Below are positions 31,921-41,963 of a stretch of DNA of 64,000 nucleotides, in pieces. A program made the position numbers and the translations under genes. The first letter of the stretch is position 1. The number at the start of each line of letters is the position of its first letter. Origin of the DNA: Nitrosopumilus sp. (GTDB taxonomy: Archaea > Thermoproteota > Nitrososphaeria > Nitrososphaerales > Nitrosopumilaceae); contig OZ244732.1 in the NCBI GenBank assembly GCA_965219345.1, positions 1,664,001 through 1,728,000 on the forward strand, given 5' to 3'. Below the pieces are notes generated by a model that saw nothing but the letters and a program-made list of their open reading frames with translations, had not been told where the DNA came from and searched no databases.

Positions 31921-32196
31921 TTGGTTCTTGTTAACAAAAAAATGCTAATGAGTGGTCTTGCAATGATAATTGTAGGAATAGTACTCACAGTGATCATTAG
32001 TGCCTCAATGCCAACAGTTCAAGTAGGAATGAGTGAAGAAAAGGTATTTGATTTGCTGATAGCACAACAAGAAATCCAAGATTACAATACACTATCCGGA
32101 ATCCTAATCGGAGTTGGATTCTTGTTAGTACTAATTAGTTTTGGCGCTAGAAGAAGAAAGGGAAGTGTAAAAGAAGAAAAAAAGTCTGCAGAATGA
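31921..32196 (+). CDS. Small two-TM membrane protein
   Basis: Two hydrophobic helices and a basic tail. Confidence 0.7.
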   Translation: MVLVNKKMLMSGLAMIIVGIVLTVIISASMPTVQVGMSEEKVFDLLIAQQEIQDYNTLSGILIGVGFLLVLISFGARRRKGSVKEEKKSAE

Positions 32197-32234
32197 TTCA
32201 AACCTTTTAATCTTAATTTGCTCAAACTACACTA

Positions 32235-32543
32235 TTGATTCAGACTGAAATTAGTGTCTACCCCATGGCAACAAGAACTACTAGTGCAAGTTTTTACATT
32301 GCAAAGACAATAGAATCAATCCAAAACATAAAGAATCTCAGATATGAAATAAATTCAATGGGAACAGTTTTAGAATCAGACAGTATTGACATAATCTACG
32401 AAGCATCAAAGAAGATGATGCAAACAGTTCACAATCCAGGAATTGATAGGGTTGAAGTTGTGATCAAGATTGATTCAAGAAGAGACAAACATGTTAAGAT
32501 GGAAGAAAAGGTAGAGTCTATCAAAAAACATTTGAGTGGATAA
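32235..32543 (+). CDS. MTH1187/thiamine-binding family protein
   Basis: EISVYPM, YEINSMGTVLE, RV..VIKID.RRD motifs. Confidence 0.85.
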   Translation: MIQTEISVYPMATRTTSASFYIAKTIESIQNIKNLRYEINSMGTVLESDSIDIIYEASKKMMQTVHNPGIDRVEVVIKIDSRRDKHVKMEEKVESIKKHLSG

Positions 32544-33000
32544 ATAATCTAGAAATATAAAAAATAATGTATGTTAAATTTTTTAGAAAAAGGATTTCAA
32601 AAAAAAGATATAGCCCCATGTTGGAATTAACCCAATTGACTATAGTCACAATATTTTGAACGTTACCAAACTCTTCACCTTCAAGACTCACAAACAAAAG
32701 ATGATCATTTGGGAGAGGTATCGTAATTCTCTTTATTTTGTCATAAGCAACAATTGCGTATTTTCCATTTCCAATCTTTGCTGAGAATTTATCACGTTCT
32801 TGCCAAGATTCAATAGATCTCTTCAATGATTCCTTGGTTTCATCCATAGTAAGATAGCTAGCTGTGTTATCACGAATACTATTCCAAAGAATATTTCCAT
32901 CATGATCACAAATTATTGCGACCCTTGAACTAGGAATTTCACCTAAGATCATGTTAAGGAGTTTTTCTTCATGTTCGTGGACAGCTTCTGATATAGACAT
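32521..33000 (-). CDS. DUF6659/roadblock-like protein (C-terminus may be read-through extension)
   Basis: R.AII.D.DG and IGNGKYAIVAYDKIKRITIPL pattern. Confidence 0.65.
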   Translation of the reverse strand: MSISEAVHEHEEKLLNMILGEIPSSRVAIICDHDGNILWNSIRDNTASYLTMDETKESLKRSIESWQERDKFSAKIGNGKYAIVAYDKIKRITIPLPNDHLLFVSLEGEEFGNVQNIVTIVNWVNSNMGLYLFFEILFLKNLTYIIFYISRLFIHSNVF

Positions 33001-33108
33001 TACTACAAAGTATTATTAAATAAACATAATCTTGATGTTTGACTTTCTTTAGAATTGTTTAAAAATTTTAAATATTTTTAACAAATTTTAGGAAGGAAGT
33101 TTACAAAA

Positions 33109-34206
33109 CTAGAACTGTTTTAGAATTTTAAAGTGGGTGCTTCTCTGAGCTGGAATTCGTCCAATCTCTTTTACCATTGTTGCAAGTTCTTCAACAGACG
33201 ACGCAGTTGGCTTTCCTGCAGCACGATAAATCTCTTCAGAAAATGCGGTTCCTACCAAATCACTTCCACCATTTGATAGTGCAACTTGTGCTAATTTTTT
33301 TCCGTACGCTACCCAGTAAACTGAGATGTTGTTTAGTACATTTGCAAGCATTAATCTAGATAACTCAATTATTCGTAAATCATACACAGATGAGCACTCG
33401 CTATTTACTAGATGTTCTTGTTCAAGTTCAGTATTATCTAAACTAAACTTTAATGGAATCAATGTGATGAAGCCGTTAGTCTTTTTTTGTAGTTCACGAA
33501 TTTTTATGAGATGATCAATGATGTGTTCTGGTTTTTCTATATGTCCATAAAGCATTGTAACATTACTTGTAATTCCCATGTTGTGTGCCTCTTCAATCAC
33601 ATCAAGCCATTCTTGTCCTGAACATTTTCCACGAACGATCTTATTTCGGATTTCTGGATGAAATAATTCTGCACCACCACCGGGCATAGAATCAAGCCCA
33701 GCATCTTTTAGACGAGATAAAATTTCTTTTGTAGAATTTTTTGTTAGTTTTGATAAATAAAAAATCTCAGCTGCAGTCAATGCTTTGATGTTGAGTTGTG
33801 GATGATTCTTTTTGATAACTTTCATCATATTCTCATAATATTCTAGTGGAAGTTTTGGGTGAAATCCACCAACGATATGAACTTCAGTTGCACCCATCTG
33901 TTTAGCAATTCCAACTCTTTGCTCAATTTCTTGTGGAGACAATGTGTATGCATCATCTGATCCTTCTTTTCGATAAAATGCGCACATCTGGCAGCTAGCA
34001 GCACAGACATTTGTGTAATTCATGTAGTATGATGCCGCAAAAGTGACTGTATCACCAACCAGTTTTTTTCTTGTAGCATCTGCAACTGCTCCAAGTAGAT
34101 GCAGATTATCGTAATCCATAAGCTCAAGACCATCTTTGTAGGATAGTTCTTCTCCTGCAATTGCTCGATCTAACGCCTGAGAATCTCTAACCAGTTGTTC
34201 TAGCAT
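33109..34206 (-). CDS. mqnE: CofH/MqnC/MqnE-family radical SAM enzyme, most like aminofutalosine synthase
   Basis: NYTNVCAASCQMCAF, EVHIVGG, MPGGGAE, TMLYGHIE motifs. Confidence 0.75.
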   Translation of the reverse strand: MLEQLVRDSQALDRAIAGEELSYKDGLELMDYDNLHLLGAVADATRKKLVGDTVTFAASYYMNYTNVCAASCQMCAFYRKEGSDDAYTLSPQEIEQRVGIAKQMGATEVHIVGGFHPKLPLEYYENMMKVIKKNHPQLNIKALTAAEIFYLSKLTKNSTKEILSRLKDAGLDSMPGGGAELFHPEIRNKIVRGKCSGQEWLDVIEEAHNMGITSNVTMLYGHIEKPEHIIDHLIKIRELQKKTNGFITLIPLKFSLDNTELEQEHLVNSECSSVYDLRIIELSRLMLANVLNNISVYWVAYGKKLAQVALSNGGSDLVGTAFSEEIYRAAGKPTASSVEELATMVKEIGRIPAQRSTHFKILKQF

Positions 34207-34280
34207 GTTGTATTAATTTTTCATCGGGATATATTCCTTATAGGCTTAAGAAATAAGTAGCCAATATTGCTATTCCTATT

Positions 34281-34454
34281 ATGGTACTTCCTTTAGTTGA
34301 TGAACATAAACCAAAATGCTATCTGTGCCATGAGGGATTTGAGAACCTAGAGGATCTCAGGGATCATCAAAAGACTAAACATAAGGACTTTTTTGAATCA
34401 AATGAAAAACAGGTCAATCGAGAACCCGCACCTGGCGACGTTACTGTGTTTTAG
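34281..34454 (+). CDS. C2H2-type zinc-finger microprotein, 57 aa (not in ORF track)
   Basis: KPKCYLCHEGFENLEDLRDHQKTKH. Confidence 0.8.
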   Translation: MVLPLVDEHKPKCYLCHEGFENLEDLRDHQKTKHKDFFESNEKQVNREPAPGDVTVF

Positions 34455-34938
34455 TTTTCTTTTCTTTGATTGACTTTAATAGTTCTTGGGCAATTTCTTT
34501 TGAGATGTTTGCCAAGTCATAATGGTTGTCAATTGATAGTGATTTTTTGAAATGTTTTATTGCATTTGTTAGTTGTCCCATTTCACCTAATGAAAGTCCC
34601 TTGTATGCAAGTGCCATTGCACATTTTTTGTCAATCCTCAAAGCCACATCATAACACTCTATTGCTTTTTGATACTTTTGGTCTGAATGTAATGCTGCGC
34701 CCTTATTTAGCAACGCATCAAGATTATTTGGGGAGACCACAAGTGCTTTATCATATGAGCGAACAGCAAGTTTGAATCTTCCCATGTTTTGTAGAGTTGC
34801 TCCTTTGTCAACAAGTACATTAACGTTCTTAGGCTCTTTTTTGAGCATCAAGTCATAGAGTCTTAATGCATCAGAATAGTTTCCATCCTCTGCAAACTCA
34901 AACGCTTCTGATAACATCTTATCTATTTTATTACTCAC
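34441..34938 (-). CDS. Tetratricopeptide repeat protein
   Basis: Repeated KG..L...G....A...YD.AL patterns. Confidence 0.9.
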   Translation of the reverse strand: MSNKIDKMLSEAFEFAEDGNYSDALRLYDLMLKKEPKNVNVLVDKGATLQNMGRFKLAVRSYDKALVVSPNNLDALLNKGAALHSDQKYQKAIECYDVALRIDKKCAMALAYKGLSLGEMGQLTNAIKHFKKSLSIDNHYDLANISKEIAQELLKSIKEKKTKTQ

Positions 34939-35097
34939 AGTATCAAATAATATCTTGTTAATAATATAGGCTTACAATTAGTTAACTATATTTCCACATT
35001 ATCAATAAATTTTGGGCTAAAATTCGCTTACATTTATCGTGAAATGTTAACGAGAGGATTTGGTAACAATACAGATTCGCAATTGGTCTATGTGAAA

Positions 35098-35325
35098 TCA
35101 AGATGCATTTTTATCTCGAGGATCAATCTTTAACGACTTGTTAAAGCATTCCATTGCTTCCTCGTATCGTCCCATGCTTCGAAGTACTACACCCTTGTGA
35201 TTCCAAAGATCAGGATCCTCTTGATTCAAAAGGAGTGCTCGTTCAAAGAACCCAAGAGCATCATTAAATTTCCCATCTTTCAGAAATGATTGTCCCTTTT
35301 CTACAAGGTCTTGGATTTCATCCAT
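35098..35325 (-). CDS. Tetratricopeptide repeat protein
   Basis: WNHKGVVLRSMGRYEEAMECFNKSLKIDP. Confidence 0.88.
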   Translation of the reverse strand: MDEIQDLVEKGQSFLKDGKFNDALGFFERALLLNQEDPDLWNHKGVVLRSMGRYEEAMECFNKSLKIDPRDKNAS

Positions 35326-35454
35326 GAACCATAAAATAAAACATTTGTATTAAATCTGAAAAACCAACACCAAAATTTATTCAATAAAACTGGACAGATT
35401 TTCACTTATTCACTGAAAATTTAAATAAATTTTTTGTTAATATGAACTAGGAAG

Positions 35455-35892
35455 ATGGATGAGACAGATGAGAGGATTCTCAAAAATTTAATGGTTGACG
35501 CAAGATTGTCAGCTAGACAACTTGCATTAAAACTTGGAATGTCAACCGTCACCGTACTATCTAGAATCAAAAAATTAGAAAAAGAGAAGATCATTCATGG
35601 ATATACTGCAATTATTGACCATGAAAAACTAGGATACGTACTTACTGCAATTATTGAAATTATAGCAAAAAACGACAAAATTGAAGATATTGAAAATGAG
35701 ATATCAAAATTTGAAAATGTGTGTGGGGTTTATGATATTACGGGTTCTACAGATACATTGATCATTGCAAAATTCAAGGAGCGAAGTGAATTAAGTAAGT
35801 TTGTAAAGGGTTTAGCGGCCATTCCTAATGTGGAAAACACTATCACTCATGTTGTTCTTAATACTGCAAAAGAAGATTTCAGATTATCGTAG
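35455..35892 (+). CDS. Lrp/AsnC family transcriptional regulator
   Basis: MDETDERIL..L..DAR, RIKKLE..KII.GY, YDITG..D motifs. Confidence 0.95.
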   Translation: MDETDERILKNLMVDARLSARQLALKLGMSTVTVLSRIKKLEKEKIIHGYTAIIDHEKLGYVLTAIIEIIAKNDKIEDIENEISKFENVCGVYDITGSTDTLIIAKFKERSELSKFVKGLAAIPNVENTITHVVLNTAKEDFRLS

Positions 35893-35902
35893 GTAAGAAA
35901 AA

Positions 35903-36457
35903 TTGAAACAACTAGATATTTTTATAGTTTCTATATTTATCATTGGAGGATTACAAATAGCATATGCGCAAACTGATGAATTAAACACGGAGCTTGAAGT
36001 TTCTGATGAAGAAAAGATAATACTTTTTGGCAGTTTTGCAATTGCAATAATTATGATCTTTTTATTTTTAGCAAGAGATACCGTACTTAGAAGAAAAACA
36101 TCATATGATAATGAGGAACATGAATCAAAAAAAGATAGGACATATGAAAAATATCACTCTGACTGGGGAGATGATTATGAAGACATAGGAAAGAGAGAAA
36201 ATACAAAAGAGGATGAAGAGTTTCGTGATGCTGCAAGAAAAAATGAGATCCCAAACTACTATGAGGTTCTAGGGGTTTCAAGAAATGCAACTCAAGAAGA
36301 AATTAAAAATAAATTTAGAGAGCTTGCAATGAAGACCCATCCAGACAAAACAAAAGAAAATTCTGAAGAAGCGATGGCAGAATTAAACAAAGCTTATGAA
36401 GTGCTTTCAGATGAGGAACGCAGAGAAAAGTATGATAAATATGTAAAAGTCAACTAG
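35903..36457 (+). CDS. Membrane protein with C-terminal DnaJ domain
   Basis: NYYEVLGV, HPD, LNKAYEVLSD motifs; N-terminal TM segments. Confidence 0.9.
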   Translation: MKQLDIFIVSIFIIGGLQIAYAQTDELNTELEVSDEEKIILFGSFAIAIIMIFLFLARDTVLRRKTSYDNEEHESKKDRTYEKYHSDWGDDYEDIGKRENTKEDEEFRDAARKNEIPNYYEVLGVSRNATQEEIKNKFRELAMKTHPDKTKENSEEAMAELNKAYEVLSDEERREKYDKYVKVN

Positions 36458-36858
36458 ATAGATTCTAGTTTGACTATTATCATACTAAGTTCAATAGAAT
36501 TTGGGGTCTGTACGCTGTTTGTTAGATTAGTAAAGATTTCAAGATTCATCACTTTCCCATTAGATTCAATTTGAGTTGAGATTTTGAGTTCACTAAATTC
36601 AGTGTTAGGGCCAAGCATTTTTTTTGTTAGTAGTGGAATCACAGAAAGGTCTTCAATCACTCCTTTCATTTTGTAGGTAAATGTGTCTGAGAAATATACA
36701 CCTCCACGAATAGTGGGTTCATTAACAGGAGTAGGTGAATTCGATATCGATACGGATGTGACTGGAAAAGTATCATCATCTAGGTAAAGCAAATACTCTG
36801 AAGAGTTTTTTTCATTAAACTTCATCAAAATTTCAAGTAAATCCAGGTTCAATGACAT
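36454..36858 (-). CDS. Conserved thaumarchaeal hypothetical protein
   Basis: 134-aa ATG ORF. Confidence 0.7.
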   Translation of the reverse strand: MSLNLDLLEILMKFNEKNSSEYLLYLDDDTFPVTSVSISNSPTPVNEPTIRGGVYFSDTFTYKMKGVIEDLSVIPLLTKKMLGPNTEFSELKISTQIESNGKVMNLEIFTNLTNSVQTPNSIELSMIIVKLESI

Positions 36859-36967
36859 CTAAAATTAGCCAGACCATAATTCTATTGAATCTTTCTAAGA
36901 AATCAATAAAAAATCAAACAGATTCCAGGCTGCTTATGTCATCTTTAAAAACAAGAATTATGATCGA

Positions 36968-38293
36968 GTGTTATTGCAACAATTTGCAAATACACATTCA
37001 ATGAGAAAGGAAATTCTCAATCTAATGGTACAAAATGGATTAGAGAATGATTGTTATGTTGAGATGTTAGATTTTACTATTGACTTATTTGAAAGTCAAG
37101 GTCTTGGAGTTGATTATTACGGGTATCATAACATCAATCATGAATTAGAAGTAACATATTTTTCACTTTTAGCTATAAAACAAGATAAGGTACAATTTAC
37201 GGATGAGGATATAAAATATCTGTATGTTGCCGCATTATTTCATGATTTTGATCCTGAAAAAAGTGTAGATAAGCCACATGAGAAAAATGTTATAAAATTT
37301 ATCTCAACTGATAAAAAACTCCGTCAATTAATTGACACTACAAATATAGATTTAGAAATTATTAAGGTGTTGATTTTAAGGACAACATATCCTTGGAGTG
37401 ATGAGCTCAGAAAAAATGCAGAAGAACAAATTAAACAGTGTTTTCAAAATTCGGATTTAACAAGAAGTAACCGACAATATCAACAACATATTATGGAAAT
37501 TGGCGAGTATCTATCAGTTGCAGATAGAATCAGCGGTTACGCATTAGGAGATTTTGCTAAAGCAATGGAGATGGCTAAGATGAATGCACACGCACTTGCA
37601 TGGAGACCATCATTGATCATTAGAAGTTCGGTTGCTTATTTTGAAGAATTATTAAACAAAGAACCAGACATGGTAAAAGGAATTCTCAAGGTTCTTCCAA
37701 AAGAGATAAGAAAGAACTTTTTCGATACTGTGTTGTCGTTTATGAAAATCAGACAGCAAGAGATTGCCATTCAAGCAGATTATGCTTATGAAAATCTCAA
37801 GCTTACTCCAACAATAGAATCTATGACAACTAGAAAAGATCCAAATTTCATCAAGGCACTATATCAGATCTTTTTGGAGCTTCCAAGACCACTGCAATTT
37901 GAAAAAGAGAATTTTGAGAAATCTATCAATGATCCGCAGATAATCATTAACACACTCAGACTAAATGATAAAAATGGAGAAATTATAGGATTTGTCAAAG
38001 GGGGAGCGCTCGAAAAATATAATCTGCGTGAAGAGGTTAGAGATGAGAATTATGGTCTAGGAAATACAATATTTCTAGAACCACTGGCATTGAAGATGGG
38101 GTATTGGGGACTAAAAGGTGGAAGCGAGATGCGTCATTTGTTCATTATGCAGGCTTTGTCTATGAAATACAAGTATCTAACAAGTTTTGCATTACGCGAT
38201 GTCATCAAAGCAAGAATTGGCAGAGGAGAACAAGCAGAGTTTGTAACTCAGCTTGATCCTGAAAGATGGGACTATTATAGAATTAAAATTTAG
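36968..38293 (+). CDS. HD-domain protein with GNAT-like C-terminal region
   Basis: YHNINH..EV, AALFHDFD, HE and VAD motifs. Confidence 0.8.
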   Translation: MLLQQFANTHSMRKEILNLMVQNGLENDCYVEMLDFTIDLFESQGLGVDYYGYHNINHELEVTYFSLLAIKQDKVQFTDEDIKYLYVAALFHDFDPEKSVDKPHEKNVIKFISTDKKLRQLIDTTNIDLEIIKVLILRTTYPWSDELRKNAEEQIKQCFQNSDLTRSNRQYQQHIMEIGEYLSVADRISGYALGDFAKAMEMAKMNAHALAWRPSLIIRSSVAYFEELLNKEPDMVKGILKVLPKEIRKNFFDTVLSFMKIRQQEIAIQADYAYENLKLTPTIESMTTRKDPNFIKALYQIFLELPRPLQFEKENFEKSINDPQIIINTLRLNDKNGEIIGFVKGGALEKYNLREEVRDENYGLGNTIFLEPLALKMGYWGLKGGSEMRHLFIMQALSMKYKYLTSFALRDVIKARIGRGEQAEFVTQLDPERWDYYRIKI

Positions 38294-38302
38294 ATTCACC
38301 AC

Positions 38303-39754
38303 ATGAAAAAATCAATTCTAAAAACATTACATTCAACAATTCAGGGAGATGTATTTTCTCAAAAAGAATTTAGACAATTTTATTCAGTTGATACAAGTTC
38401 TTATCAAATTATTCCAAAGGTAATAGTAGTTCCTAAAAATGAAAAAGACGTAATCAATGCGGTAAAAATTGCAAAAAAATTCAAAATATCAGTTACTGTG
38501 CGTGGTGCAGGAACAGGTCTTGTTGGAAGTGCATTAAACAATGGGATAATACTTGAAATGAAAAATTTTGATTCAATCAGGCTCACTAAAGACCATGTTA
38601 CTGTAGGCCCAGGTACAATAAAAGGTAAACTGGACCAAAAACTTGAAAAACACAAAAAGTTCTTTCCACCAAATCCGTCAATTGGTTCTTTTTGTTCAAT
38701 TGGTGGAATGTTAGGAAATAATTCCAGTGGAAGTAGAAGTTTAAAGTATGGAAGCGTAATTGATAATGTAACAGAGATTACATTTATCGATGGAAATGGA
38801 AATAAAATTACTCTTCCAGAAAACAAAAGGATTGGAAAAAAGATTTTAGAATTCACAAAACAAATTGATAGAAAACATATTCCAAATGTGACAAAAAATT
38901 CTTCAGGATACAGAATTGATAAAGTAAACTCAATTAATGATTCCCATAAACTATTCATTGGTTCTGAAGGAACACTTGGAATTATTTTATCAGCAAAGCT
39001 TAAGATCAGATATAACCCAAGAAAAAGAATTCTTTTTGTAATAGAGTACAAATCAGTCAGAGATGCAATAAAAAATTGCATTAAAATCAATGAAAGTAAA
39101 CCATCAGCAATTGAATTTGTAGATAAAACAACACTTAATCAAATAAAGTTCAAGTTCGGTAAGAGAACTAAATGCCTGCTCTTCGTAGAATATGATGAAA
39201 ATATTAGTTCAAATGAAAATAAGATTAAATTGGTTATCACAGGGAAAATTATTAAAAAATTAAAGAGGGATTCAGATATTTTCAAATGGTGGAAATACCG
39301 AGATTCATCATTATATTATAGTTTAAAATCGATAAAAAAAGAAAAAAGAATCCCGCATGTCATTGAAGATGCAGTAGTACCTTTAGAAAATCTTCAAAAA
39401 TTATTTTTAGTTTTAAACAAGATTGACAAAAAATACAAAACAAGATCAATCGTATATGGACATGCTGGAAATGGAAACATTCATGTTCGTCTGATTGCAG
39501 ATCGAAAAAAAATTACAGTTATCAAAAATATTGCGATTCAGTACTTTGATCAAATAATCAAACTAGGGGGAGCTATAACTGCTGAGCATGGCGATGGCCT
39601 TGCACGCTCAGAATTTATCGAAAAGCAGTATGGATCTAAAAACTACAAAGTATTCAAGGAAATCAAAAAATTCTTTGACCCTAAAAATATACTCAATCCA
39701 GGTAAAATAATCACAAAGAAAAGTTCGATTATAGAAAACCTAGAAAATTTTTGA
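38303..39754 (+). CDS. FAD-binding oxidoreductase (GlcD/D-lactate dehydrogenase family)
   Basis: RGAGTGLVG, GSEGTLGII, GHAGNGNIH, EHGDG, DPKNILNPGK motifs. Confidence 0.92.
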   Translation: MKKSILKTLHSTIQGDVFSQKEFRQFYSVDTSSYQIIPKVIVVPKNEKDVINAVKIAKKFKISVTVRGAGTGLVGSALNNGIILEMKNFDSIRLTKDHVTVGPGTIKGKLDQKLEKHKKFFPPNPSIGSFCSIGGMLGNNSSGSRSLKYGSVIDNVTEITFIDGNGNKITLPENKRIGKKILEFTKQIDRKHIPNVTKNSSGYRIDKVNSINDSHKLFIGSEGTLGIILSAKLKIRYNPRKRILFVIEYKSVRDAIKNCIKINESKPSAIEFVDKTTLNQIKFKFGKRTKCLLFVEYDENISSNENKIKLVITGKIIKKLKRDSDIFKWWKYRDSSLYYSLKSIKKEKRIPHVIEDAVVPLENLQKLFLVLNKIDKKYKTRSIVYGHAGNGNIHVRLIADRKKITVIKNIAIQYFDQIIKLGGAITAEHGDGLARSEFIEKQYGSKNYKVFKEIKKFFDPKNILNPGKIITKKSSIIENLENF

Positions 39755-40082
39755 GAAATTTAATGGAAAGAAAAAACATACTTCAATTGAACTTGATTAA
39801 TTTACTGCAAAAATTTATGTTTGGAAAAGTGTGACAAATCATAAAGATTTAGATCAATATATCACGTTACAAATACACATCAGTTAAAATTTTGACTAAA
39901 TATTTTGGTCAATGATATGCATATTATTTAAGAAATTTGGATTATTTGTTCCTAAATTGATCAAAAAAACACCCTATACAAAAAAAATATCATGTTTCAC
40001 AATAATCAAGATCGTAGATTTGCTTTTTAGTTAAAAAAGTTCAACAAGTTCTTGCTAATAGAACATAGAGCCTACTGCAGTT

Positions 40083-40226
40083 ATGACAATAGGATATTGT
40101 GTAAAGTGCCGAGATAAACGTGAAATTCAAGACGCTGGACCTTACACCATGAAAAACGGTAAACCTGCAATTAAGGGCACTTGCCCAACATGCAGTACAG
40201 CCATTTTCAGAATCGGTAGAGGCTAA
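40083..40226 (+). CDS. DUF5679 zinc-ribbon microprotein, 47 aa (not in ORF track)
   Basis: MTIGYCVKCRDKREIQDAGPYTMKNGKPAIKGTCPTCSTAIFRIGRG. Confidence 0.88.
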   Translation: MTIGYCVKCRDKREIQDAGPYTMKNGKPAIKGTCPTCSTAIFRIGRG

Positions 40227-40431
40227 AATTTTCAATAGAAAATTTTAACACTCTCACATACAGGGCCGTTCCATAGCGAATGTGTTGTGGATGGATCTTT
40301 TTCTATTTCTTGTGTATTTCTATTTTTTAAATTAGTTAATGATAAATCTGTTTAATTTTTTTCGATCATCTTTACAATAATTAAGAAATTCAAGAATCAA
40401 ATTTATTTTTAATATTGTACTTGTAATATTA

Positions 40432-40686
40432 ATGCAGAGTGATATTTCTCAAGAGATCAAAAATTTGGAAGAGGATATTTTGCAAACAGAGGATAGGATT
40501 ATAAAATTTTTGGGAATGAATTATGAGGAAGGAATTAAAAGATCAATTCATCAATTAGAATCTAATCTAAAATATCTCAGCATTCTTGCAAATGGAGCAC
40601 CAATTGATAAAAATGAAGATAGGAGAACTATGGATTTCTTGAGAACACACTATAACCATCTACGAAAACTATCTGTTCCTGCTTAG
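40432..40686 (+). CDS. Hypothetical protein
   Basis: 84-aa ATG ORF. Confidence 0.7.
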   Translation: MQSDISQEIKNLEEDILQTEDRIIKFLGMNYEEGIKRSIHQLESNLKYLSILANGAPIDKNEDRRTMDFLRTHYNHLRKLSVPA

Positions 40687-40752
40687 TCCTTTAAACATTT
40701 GTTTAGTTTTTTTATAGTTAGTCTTATCTAAAATGTATTTCTTAGATGATTA

Positions 40753-41175
40753 ATGAACAAATCTTCAAAAGAGTCAAAAGATCTTTTTGGGGTATCTAAA
40801 AAAAATATTGAGCGATTTTTTAATGAGGTCGAAAAATCTACTCCCAAATATCATCAATCAGTCTCAAAACTTCAGAAAGACTACATAGATGCATGGAAAA
40901 CTGTGATTAATTCAGCAATTTCTTTGGAACAAGAATATGCAACTAAAGCAGGTTACAAAATGGATGTACCTGATTCTGTTCTGAGAACTATCCGTGACAT
41001 TACAGATGTCTCTCTTCAAGCATATGCACATCAAAATAAAATTGCTACAAATACATCTGAAGCAACAAAACAGGCGTTTAAAACATTTAATCAAAATACA
41101 AAATCATTTGCAACTCTGAACAAAGAGATAATGGGATATATCATGTCGGTATTTGAACAGAAACTAAATACCTAA
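40753..41175 (+). CDS. Hypothetical helical protein
   Basis: 140-aa ATG ORF followed by a T-rich tract. Confidence 0.7.
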   Translation: MNKSSKESKDLFGVSKKNIERFFNEVEKSTPKYHQSVSKLQKDYIDAWKTVINSAISLEQEYATKAGYKMDVPDSVLRTIRDITDVSLQAYAHQNKIATNTSEATKQAFKTFNQNTKSFATLNKEIMGYIMSVFEQKLNT

Positions 41176-41233
41176 TTCCATTTTTTATTTTTGACTTAAT
41201 AGTAACCGATCTTTTGAATATAATATGGGAAAT

Positions 41234-41353
41234 ATGGCAGAGGGACAAACATATACTTGTTCAGAATGTGGTCTCGAACTTAAAGTTACAAAACCTTGTG
41301 ATGAAGAAGATTGTGACTTGATTTGTTGTTCTAAACAGATGAATCAATCATAA
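41234..41353 (+). CDS. Desulforedoxin-like microprotein, 39 aa (not in ORF track)
   Basis: MAEGQTYTCSECGLELKVTKPCDEEDCDLICCSKQMNQS: Y.CxxCG...L.CC...M pattern. Confidence 0.7.
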   Translation: MAEGQTYTCSECGLELKVTKPCDEEDCDLICCSKQMNQS

Positions 41354-41468
41354 CTAAAATTGTATCGAGTTAATCATCTTTTGATGATGCTGTCTTGTAC
41401 AAAACCAAAATTATTTTATTTAAAACTATAATTGAATTTATTTACTTAAATCAAAAATAAAAAAGAGA

Positions 41469-41843
41469 TTATTTTAGACGTTTGTAAAGCTCTTTAAATT
41501 CAATTGAAATGGTACATGATAAATTAAGCATGTGAGTAAGTTGGTTCATGGTTGTCTTGTCATGTGCCAACTGTCTTAACAGTGTCAAAGCTTTTTGTGG
41601 AGAAGTATCTGAAAGAGCGCTTTGGCCAGACCATGTCTTAAAAGCATGTTCAACATCCATGCAGAAATTCAAAACAAATTCTTTCCAGTGTGGCATTTTT
41701 TGTAGTGCCTTTTCATTAAGGAGTACTAGGGACAACTCACGAAATTCAATTACCCTATCCACATACAGCATGTCAAGGGCTTGTTTGATTTTTTCTGGTT
41801 TGTACTCGACTGTATTTAACATATACATTCCAGCAATACTCAT
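41469..41843 (-). CDS. Hypothetical protein
   Basis: 124-aa ATG ORF. Confidence 0.7.
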   Translation of the reverse strand: MSIAGMYMLNTVEYKPEKIKQALDMLYVDRVIEFRELSLVLLNEKALQKMPHWKEFVLNFCMDVEHAFKTWSGQSALSDTSPQKALTLLRQLAHDKTTMNQLTHMLNLSCTISIEFKELYKRLK

Positions 41844-41963
41844 GTCACAATATTCTCATAATCAAAGATAAATCAGGTACTTAATTCTCTGAAAATTTGT
41901 TAGAATTTTTTAATTAAAATTAACAGTTGTAAAGGATTTAAAAAATAAAAAAGAGATTAGATC

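Noticed and set aside
38404-39090. 228-aa antisense ORF
   Set aside because: Lies wholly opposite the FAD oxidoreductase; F/I/L/S-rich composition typical of antisense frames
40263-40300. Imperfect GC-richer hairpin downstream of the DUF5679 gene
   Set aside because: Relies on several G-U pairs and is followed by T-tracts; most simply a terminator-like feature
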